Shown in pieces: positions 1-6,664 of a DNA stretch of 20,000 nucleotides. Source of the DNA: Bacteriovoracaceae bacterium (GTDB lineage: Bacteria > Bdellovibrionota > Bacteriovoracia > Bacteriovoracales > Bacteriovoracaceae). The translations under genes and the position numbers were made by a program. The stretch is taken from the NCBI GenBank assembly GCA_018649885.1, contig JABIHA010000086.1:119059-139058 (forward strand), written 5' to 3'. Position 1 is the stretch's first letter. Every line of letters begins with the position of its first letter. A model generated the notes under the pieces. The model was given only the letters and a program-made list of their open reading frames with translations, was not told where the DNA came from and made no database searches.

Positions 1-261
1 GCGGGTGTTAATATATCCGATCATTATTCAAAAACTGTAGATGAAATTGAAGATGTTGAATTCGATTATGTATTTACTGTCTGTGGTCATGCTAATGAAA
101 ACTGTCCTTATTTTCCAGGAGGAAAAGTCATACATATTGGGTTTGATGATCCGCCTCAGCTAACTAAGAATATGGAAGATGAGGAGAAAATTCTTTCCGT
201 TTACCGTCGCGTTAGAGATGAAATTAAATTGTCTATTGAAGAAATTGAAACTCATCTTTAA
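1..261 (+). CDS. arsC: Arsenate reductase, thioredoxin-coupled LMW-PTP family (3' part only; 5' end outside window)
   Basis: Frame 1 translates to AGVNISDHYSKTVDEIEDVEFDYVFTVCGHANENCPYFPGGKVIHIGFDDPP...YRRVRDEIK...HL, stop TAA 259-261. TVC..A.E.CP, FDDP and RRVRDEI are typical ArsC motifs. Not in the supplied ORF track. Confidence 0.9.
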   Translation, partial: AGVNISDHYSKTVDEIEDVEFDYVFTVCGHANENCPYFPGGKVIHIGFDDPPQLTKNMEDEEKILSVYRRVRDEIKLSIEEIETHL

Positions 262-381
262 TATCCAAGCTTGTCTTATAAGAAGTTAAGATTATTTTAT
301 TTTTCATGAAGATATTTTAGGCCTAACTCTCACGCCTGTAATGTAGAATACATTCAGTATCATTACTGATTATGGCGGGCC

Positions 382-1734
382 ATGAAAATACTTGTAGTAG
401 ATGATGAAATTGAAATTTGTCACTTAATAAAGCTATTGTTTTTAGCTGACTTTCCTTGTCAAGTTGATATTGTTTTTAATGGCAAAGAGGCCATCGATGC
501 CATATCAAATGAGCAGTTTGATCTTATTATTTGTGATCAAAATATGCCTGAGAAAAATGGAAATGAAGTCTTTCAGTATATTAACAATAATTCAATAAAC
601 CTCCCTTTTGTATTAGCGACAACAGAGGAGTGGGAGCATGTCCCCTATTTTACAACTAACCCTCTATTTTTTCAGATTCAAAAACCACAAATTGCTGAGG
701 GGATTACAAAATTAATTAAAAAATTAAAAGATGAACCAAGTGATGTCAGAGTAGAAGAAGGGGATCTCGTTGTTGAATTTTCTCCGGTGCCCATTGAAAT
801 TATTTATAAAATGGGCGCACTCCCTGTGGATATTTATTTAAAAATTAGAGATGGGAAATTTCTAAAAGTTATTAGGGCCGGAGATATCCTTTCTGGAGGA
901 CATCTCGTTAGATATAGATCAAAAAATGTTCACGATGTTTATATTGAAAACTGTGACATAAGACTATTAACGGGAGCAATGGAAAAAATCTTTGCAAATT
1001 TTTTCAATCGAGAGAAAAAAGGTGCTCTGAAACCAGACAATATTATCGCATTCCAGGAAACACTTGTTGAAGGGTTCTCCCTTTTTCCTGAGGATCCACT
1101 CTTTCATCGCTATGTTACTGAGTTTAATAAATTGATGTTAGAGGTTGCCACTAAATATGAAGGTGTAGAAGATATTTTAATGCAGTTGATGGGTGATAAA
1201 AGAAGTTATATTTGTAAGCATGCCAGTGTGAGCCAGTATATTGGGGTCTTTCTTGCTAGGAAAATGACTTGGGATTCTGAGTTATCACTTGTCAAAGTTT
1301 CCATGGCCTTATTGTTTCAAAATATTTCTCTAATTCAAATGGATCTAAATGATGAAATTAAGATATTTGATATTCAGCAAAATACAGCTGATAAACGAAC
1401 GGTAAAAAGATACCGAGAACACAGTTTAAAAAGTGCACAGATGATAGGTAATTTAACCAAAATGCCTATTGATCTAGATACACTTATACTAGAACACCAT
1501 GAAACTCCCCTTGGAGAAGGTTTTCCTACAGGAAAGGATTTTGCTTACATCTCTCCTCTAGGAGCAATAGTAATCCTTTCAGGAGTTGTAGCTGAATATC
1601 TTTTATTTAATAAGGTATACAAGCTTGAAGAGCTTTCAGCAGATGAGTTTTTAACCAAACTTGAAGATGAAGGTTTTTGCAAAGGGGTCTTTAAAAAGTT
1701 TTTTCCATTTCTTGAAGAACTACTTATTGGCTAA
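382..1734 (+). CDS. Response regulator: N-terminal REC domain plus C-terminal degenerate HD-GYP-like domain
   Basis: MKILVVDDE and LIICDQNMP (phospho-acceptor Asp). C-terminal HHETPLGEGFP resembles HHExxDGxGYP. The HD position reads FQNI. Confidence 0.8.
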   Translation: MKILVVDDEIEICHLIKLLFLADFPCQVDIVFNGKEAIDAISNEQFDLIICDQNMPEKNGNEVFQYINNNSINLPFVLATTEEWEHVPYFTTNPLFFQIQKPQIAEGITKLIKKLKDEPSDVRVEEGDLVVEFSPVPIEIIYKMGALPVDIYLKIRDGKFLKVIRAGDILSGGHLVRYRSKNVHDVYIENCDIRLLTGAMEKIFANFFNREKKGALKPDNIIAFQETLVEGFSLFPEDPLFHRYVTEFNKLMLEVATKYEGVEDILMQLMGDKRSYICKHASVSQYIGVFLARKMTWDSELSLVKVSMALLFQNISLIQMDLNDEIKIFDIQQNTADKRTVKRYREHSLKSAQMIGNLTKMPIDLDTLILEHHETPLGEGFPTGKDFAYISPLGAIVILSGVVAEYLLFNKVYKLEELSADEFLTKLEDEGFCKGVFKKFFPFLEELLIG

Positions 1735-2515
1735 CTTTCGCTAGCCAATTGGTCTTCACAAACCAACTATCATGAATTTTCTTATAACGACCATCACTTT
1801 TAATGACCAGAAGAAAATTATTTAACCAATTTAGAAAATTAAAATCATCTTGCCTGATGGCAATACCTACAGGCTCTTTAGTAAAAGGTTTTGCAATATG
1901 GACAACTTTACTTACTCCCTTTGTTATGGAGAACACATGGTTTGCAGGGAAATCGTAGACAAAAGCATCAACCCGAGAAAAAGCAACATCGAGCATGCCT
2001 GTTTCTCTGTCTTCATAGGTTTTGAGAGTTGCTCTTGGTAGATATTTCTTGATAGCAAGTTCGCCCGTGGTGCCAAACCTAGAAGCTATTACAAATTTCT
2101 TATGGTTTAAGTCTTTGTAGCTTTTTACCTTTACTCTGTGTTTTCCCGCTATGATAATTGATTGCCCGGCCTCAAAATATGGAGTTGTAAAATTCACTTT
2201 GAGATTTCTCTTAGGTGTAATGGACATTCCTCCTAAGATTAGATCAAACTTATTTGTCAAAAGAGCTGGGATTATTCCGTCCCACGAAGTATTAACAATT
2301 TTTAATTTTACTCCCATCTCCTTCGCCATTAATTTTGCCAAATCTATATCAAAACCAATAATTTGCCCTTTCTTTGTTTTCATCTCAAAAGGCATATAGC
2401 CCACATCTATTCCTATTCTTAGGACTTTGTCTTTTTGAATTTGGGCAAGAGTGTCCCGTGAAAATCCGATAGAGCTTTGGAGAAGTATCATGATAATTAA
2501 AAATATTGTTTTCAT
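1724..2515 (-). CDS. Polar amino-acid ABC transporter substrate-binding protein (SBP family 3)
   Basis: Motifs LRIGIDVGYMPFEM, IIGFDIDLA, WDGIIPALLTNKFDLILGGMSITPKR. Signal peptide MKTIFLIIMILLQSSIGFS suggests start 2515 rather than 2542. Confidence 0.9.
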   Translation of the reverse strand: MKTIFLIIMILLQSSIGFSRDTLAQIQKDKVLRIGIDVGYMPFEMKTKKGQIIGFDIDLAKLMAKEMGVKLKIVNTSWDGIIPALLTNKFDLILGGMSITPKRNLKVNFTTPYFEAGQSIIIAGKHRVKVKSYKDLNHKKFVIASRFGTTGELAIKKYLPRATLKTYEDRETGMLDVAFSRVDAFVYDFPANHVFSITKGVSKVVHIAKPFTKEPVGIAIRQDDFNFLNWLNNFLLVIKSDGRYKKIHDSWFVKTNWLAKVSQ

Positions 2516-2681
2516 ATAAAACCTAGCTTTTGGTTCAGGCATTCATAATAAGTCTTTCAATAGGTGGATTGTCCCTTACTGGGATTTCAATTTCAACGAA
2601 ATAGTTGAACAAAGAAGATGGGCACAAAGCGATATTAAGTAGTTGTCTGTAAGCATATTTTTCCACCTGGGTCCTGCGGGC

Positions 2682-2709
2682 TAATGATAGAGAGGTAAAC
2701 AGCCGAAAT
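2682..2709 (+). promoter_or_regulatory. Putative sigma28 (FliA)-type promoter for the PilZ gene
   Basis: TAAT-N16-GCCGAAAT compared with consensus TAAA-N15-GCCGATAA. Lies 38 nt upstream of ATG 2748, which has an AGGAG RBS. Confidence 0.45.
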
Positions 2710-2747
2710 ATATGGAGCAAATCCTTTAAGGTAGGAGAGTTAAGCTC

Positions 2748-3218
2748 ATGGCAGAAGAACTTAAAATCATCAATTTTGTTGAAAAAAGAGAAAAGTTAAT
2801 TGAACAAAAAAGAAGGAACTTCGAACGTATTATGTTTGAAAACTTCTTGGGTTGTTACTCAGTCATTGATGACAATGGAACTATTTTTGAAATCTCACTT
2901 GTGGATATTTCTGCAGAAGGAATTCAGTTTCAAGTCCCTTGGAATGGAAAAAACAGTGAGAAAGAAAAGTTTACTATTGGAGAGGAGCTGGGGATTCGGA
3001 TCTACTTCACCCAAACCTCATATATTCCTGCAGTCATCCAGGTTCGGCATGAAGGCGAGTGGACAGATGAGCGGGGACAGAAATTTTTGCGCTACGGGGC
3101 GGAGTTTGACCAGGACACAGTGAGTTATGAGGCCCTTTTATGCTTTGTAAACTTCATTACTAAGTTTGCAGAGCACTCTGTTGAAGATAAAGGGGACTCC
3201 AAAGTCTATTTCTTCTAG
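2748..3218 (+). CDS. PilZ domain-containing protein
   Basis: KRRNFER (RxxxR) and DISAEG (D/NxSxxG) c-di-GMP binding motifs, plus C-terminal YGAEF. Confidence 0.85.
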   Translation: MAEELKIINFVEKREKLIEQKRRNFERIMFENFLGCYSVIDDNGTIFEISLVDISAEGIQFQVPWNGKNSEKEKFTIGEELGIRIYFTQTSYIPAVIQVRHEGEWTDERGQKFLRYGAEFDQDTVSYEALLCFVNFITKFAEHSVEDKGDSKVYFF

Positions 3219-3252
3219 AATAATTTTGTTATATTGATATTCCTAAAATGAT

Positions 3253-3281
3253 GAGGGGAGGCATTAGCCTCCCCTCTTTTT
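3253..3281 (+). terminator. Intrinsic terminator after the PilZ gene
   Basis: Perfect 10-bp stem GAGGGGAGGC-ATTA-GCCTCCCCTC followed by TTTTT. Confidence 0.85.
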
Positions 3282-3305
3282 ATTGTTTTAAAACTAGGAA
3301 TAGCT

Positions 3306-4469
3306 GTGAAGGTTGCCATCATTGGTGGACATCCCTATGGGTTAATTTTGGGCGCAAGACTTCTTGAAGTGGGCGCAAGCGTTTCGGTCTTTGGTAGTGA
3401 TAGGCCTTGTGCTTCTGTTTTTTTTGAGCGCACTCATACTCCAGTCGCCACCTGGGCAAATATGGTTGAAAATGCCATTGCCGTTTTGGGGAAAGCAGAT
3501 TGCTTTATCACCAATGATATTAAAAGAATCCATAAAAGACATTTAAGAAACTATGAGACTCCTCAGAGCTCTAGTAGGATGATTGATTTATTTAGAGTGG
3601 TCTATGAATCAAGACCGAGTTCTTTAACAAGTGATGAAGTTTCTAATATTGAAGCTATTGATAGAAATATTGTAACTCACCTTTCAACAGCGGTTGAGTT
3701 ATTTAAAGATTATGATTTTATTGTTGATGCCAGAGGGAGCTTTTTCAAAAGAAGTTTTTTAGGAGGGTGTTTCCCTGCACTTGGTGAAGACCAGAGTATG
3801 GAGCACCTTGACCCATATTGGGGAGAGAATTTAGAAGAAGCAGTGGCCTCACTTCAAGTTTCTGATGGTGAAAATATATTTGTTTATGGAGATTCCTCTC
3901 TTAGCGCCACTATCATTCCACTGCTCTGGGAAAAAGTTTTAAAACCTAGAGACTCAAAATTAATTTTGGTTTCTGAGTGTCAAAGTCCATTTTCAAAAGT
4001 TGCACCTTTTCTTAAAGATGCAGTGGAGAAAGTGCGACTTGAAAACCATGAGCTTTTCGAGAATGGGAAAAGAGAGTATGAAAGAGCTCTTTTTGAATAC
4101 AGAAGTTTGGAGCCTAACGAAAAGCAGGGCGTGACGACTCCGGTGTCACCACACTCAAAATTACAAGGATTCTGGGGATATAATATCAGCAGTGTCGATT
4201 ATTTAACGGATAGAGAAAAAGCTTATCTAACTCTTGAAAAACCATCTTTTAGGGGAAGTGAAGAACTGAAGACAATTGCTGTGGACCATTTATTTATTGG
4301 GGATCCAGTGTCTGCGGAGCGCGATCAGCTCTATCATGGAATGAGTGGTAGTGAAGAGCCAGGATGGTATATCTTGGGAGAGCAAAATTTGAATATTGAT
4401 GGAATTGAAAACGTTTTAGAAAAAACAATGGAAGATATGATGACATATTTTAAAAAGGTGGAAGCTTGA
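3306..4469 (+). CDS. Divergent FAD/NAD(P)-dependent oxidoreductase-like protein (flavoprotein monooxygenase-like)
   Basis: N-terminal Rossmann-like KVAIIGGHPYG, DFIVDARG, GGCFPALGE, second nucleotide-site-like IFVYGDSSLSA, C-terminal EPGWYILG. GTG start with AGGA upstream. Confidence 0.55.
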   Translation: MKVAIIGGHPYGLILGARLLEVGASVSVFGSDRPCASVFFERTHTPVATWANMVENAIAVLGKADCFITNDIKRIHKRHLRNYETPQSSSRMIDLFRVVYESRPSSLTSDEVSNIEAIDRNIVTHLSTAVELFKDYDFIVDARGSFFKRSFLGGCFPALGEDQSMEHLDPYWGENLEEAVASLQVSDGENIFVYGDSSLSATIIPLLWEKVLKPRDSKLILVSECQSPFSKVAPFLKDAVEKVRLENHELFENGKREYERALFEYRSLEPNEKQGVTTPVSPHSKLQGFWGYNISSVDYLTDREKAYLTLEKPSFRGSEELKTIAVDHLFIGDPVSAERDQLYHGMSGSEEPGWYILGEQNLNIDGIENVLEKTMEDMMTYFKKVEA

Positions 4470-5221
4470 AGAAGGTAATTTCTGTTTTGGCCTTCATGGT
4501 ATTATTTGGCTGTACTTCACCTTCTGTTAAAAACTCAAAGCGGAAAAAAATTGGAGAGGTCTTTTCATCAGTGGGTATCTCTCAGTATTTTTTGGGGCCT
4601 GTTCCCAAATGGGCAAACTTTTCAACCTCAGGGTCTTGCTTCATAAAAAACCCTGTCAGATATGTTGATCTTCCAAAACTTCAGCATAGTTTTAATCTGT
4701 CCTATCAGCAGTCGATTCAATTTCAAAGCGTTTACCACAAGCTGCTGCGGTCTTCGACCACTAAAGCTGGGATGCATTATCTTTCTCTAAAAGAAGAGGA
4801 GTTGCTCTTTTATAATGCTGTAGAAAAGGTTGAAAGTCGTTTAGATGGCTTTATGGCCCCTACATACAAAAAGGTTCATATCTATTGGATCGATTCCATT
4901 TGGAACTGGAAGGCTACAAAGCTTCGACGGTTTTTAGAAAGAGGTTCCAATGTAGGAGGCCACCCCGTATTTTTATCTCTTTGTCACGACTCAGTTGAAG
5001 TTGAAAAATTTCTAGTGGTGAAAAAAATTGATGATCTTAATATTAGAGTAATTGGAAATGATATGTTTACTCCTTTTGATTTTAAAGGAAATAGAATCCC
5101 TGGATTTTATTTGAAACTCGATACATTTTTTAATAAAAAACAGAAATTGGTTTTTTATTCGAGTGGAGGAGAGTTTCCGTTTGAAGTTGGTGGAATAGAA
5201 AGTATCAAAAAAATAAAATAA
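4466..5221 (+). CDS. Hypothetical lipoprotein
   Basis: MKKVISVLAFMVLFGC lipobox. TTG start overlaps the previous stop (TTGA coupling). Confidence 0.7.
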   Translation: MKKVISVLAFMVLFGCTSPSVKNSKRKKIGEVFSSVGISQYFLGPVPKWANFSTSGSCFIKNPVRYVDLPKLQHSFNLSYQQSIQFQSVYHKLLRSSTTKAGMHYLSLKEEELLFYNAVEKVESRLDGFMAPTYKKVHIYWIDSIWNWKATKLRRFLERGSNVGGHPVFLSLCHDSVEVEKFLVVKKIDDLNIRVIGNDMFTPFDFKGNRIPGFYLKLDTFFNKKQKLVFYSSGGEFPFEVGGIESIKKIK

Positions 5222-5225
5222 TTAG

Positions 5226-5330
5226 TATACTGAAGTGATTTAGGTTTTCCAGTGAGTGGATGACGAGGAAGGCGTGTAGTACACTCCGACGAGGAATACG
5301 CCACTGGAAAGCCTAAATCACTTCAGTATA
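5226..5330. mobile_element. 105-bp palindromic miniature element (ERIC-like MITE)
   Basis: 29-bp terminal inverted repeats TATACTGAAGTGATTTAGGTTTTCCAGTG (5226-5254) and CACTGGAAAGCCTAAATCACTTCAGTATA (5302-5330) match at 28/29 positions. Ends are TATAC...GTATA. Internal direct repeat GACGAGGAA x2. Confidence 0.7.
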
Positions 5331-5342
5331 ATGGAGGTTAGA

Positions 5343-5858
5343 ATGAAATGTGATTACAAAGAGGAACTAGACCGAGTAAATGTAAAATTTGAAACAAGTC
5401 TGGGAGAGTTTGAAGCTGAGTTATATGCCAAAGAATGCCCCGAAACAGTTTGGAATTTTATTAACCTGGCAGAAGGAAGACAAGAAAGTAAAAGAGAAGG
5501 CAATTATTATGATGGCCTGATTTTTCATCGTGTTATTGAAGGTTTTATGATCCAAGGCGGATGTCCAGATGGAACTGGTATGGGCGGTCCAGATTATCGC
5601 TTTGAAGATGAGTTTCACCCTGAGTTAATTCATGACTGTGAAGGAATATTTTCTATGGCCAATGCAGGGCCGGGGACAAATGGCTCACAGTTTTTTATTA
5701 CTCTTGCTCCAACCCCCCATTTAAATAATAGACATACCGTATTTGGAAAAGTTGTTAAGGGGATGGATGTTGTGAGAGCTATTGGAGTCGTCCAAACAGG
5801 TTTTCAAGATAGGCCAGCTGAAGATGTTGTTATTAACAAGTTAAGCGTTCTTAGATAA
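5343..5858 (+). CDS. Cyclophilin-type peptidyl-prolyl cis-trans isomerase
   Basis: YYDGLIFHRVIEGFMIQGGCP, SMANAGPGTNGSQFFIT, HTVFGKVV. GGAGG RBS at 5333-5337 supports ATG 5343 over 5331. Confidence 0.95.
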   Translation: MKCDYKEELDRVNVKFETSLGEFEAELYAKECPETVWNFINLAEGRQESKREGNYYDGLIFHRVIEGFMIQGGCPDGTGMGGPDYRFEDEFHPELIHDCEGIFSMANAGPGTNGSQFFITLAPTPHLNNRHTVFGKVVKGMDVVRAIGVVQTGFQDRPAEDVVINKLSVLR

Positions 5859-5859
5859 T

Positions 5860-6528
5860 TTGCACTGTAGTGCTAAAGAGGTTTATCAGAAGTTATTAAA
5901 ACTGCATGGGCCACAGGGATGGTGGCCTCTGTTTCATCTTGAAAAAGATGGTGGTTATCATATCGGTGATTATAGCTATCCTCGAAATGAAAGTGAAAAA
6001 TTTGAGGTTTGTGTCGGCGCTATTTTAACTCAAAATACCACATTTAAAAATGTTGAAAAATGTTTGGCCTTACTCCATCAAAACGGTATTTGTGATCCCA
6101 GTAGTCTTCTAAAGGCAAGTTCTCAGCTTGTTATAGAGTCAATTAGACCTTCTGGTTATTTTAATCAAAAATTTAAGAAGCTTCTTATTTTTTCAGAATT
6201 TTTCATCAGTCTTAAACAAGAAACCCCTTCGCGCGAACAACTTTGTGGGCTCTGGGGCATTGGTCCTGAAACGGCAGACTCCATACTTCTTTATGCTTAT
6301 GAGGTTCCGATTTTTGTTGTTGATGCCTATACACAACGAATTTTCTCCCACTTAGGCTTCGTACAAGGGTCTTTCAACTACAGTCGACTTCAAAGCTACT
6401 TCATGGACCAGTTAGGATCTGACGTGGAGCTTTTTCAAGAGTACCACGCGCTGATTGTGGCCCATGCTAAGAGCTTTTATGCTCGCAAGCCCTATGGTGC
6501 CAGCTGTCCCCTTTTAAATAAGTATTGA
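5860..6528 (+). CDS. Endonuclease III-related HhH-GPD DNA glycosylase
   Basis: GPQGWWP, FEVCVGAILTQNT, IRPSGYFNQK, HhH motif LWGIGPETADSILLYA, FVVDAYT, EYHALIVAHAK. Confidence 0.88.
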   Translation: MHCSAKEVYQKLLKLHGPQGWWPLFHLEKDGGYHIGDYSYPRNESEKFEVCVGAILTQNTTFKNVEKCLALLHQNGICDPSSLLKASSQLVIESIRPSGYFNQKFKKLLIFSEFFISLKQETPSREQLCGLWGIGPETADSILLYAYEVPIFVVDAYTQRIFSHLGFVQGSFNYSRLQSYFMDQLGSDVELFQEYHALIVAHAKSFYARKPYGASCPLLNKY

Positions 6529-6664
6529 CTCTAATTTCAAGTGCTTAGAGTGTTATCAAACTGTGAACCTGTAATAACTGCAAGGATTTTAAAACCATTA
6601 TGACGCAGGTTGTTGTTGTTGTATGATCCCTTCAAATTTATAATGACTATACGGGGGTCTAAGC

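Noticed and set aside
5226..5330. Simple intrinsic terminator or tRNA
   Set aside because: There is no U-tract, the stem is far longer than a terminator stem, and there is no cloverleaf or T-loop motif.
6609..6621. (GTT)4 microsatellite as a phase-variation tract
   Set aside because: Too short to imply slippage, and no supporting evidence.
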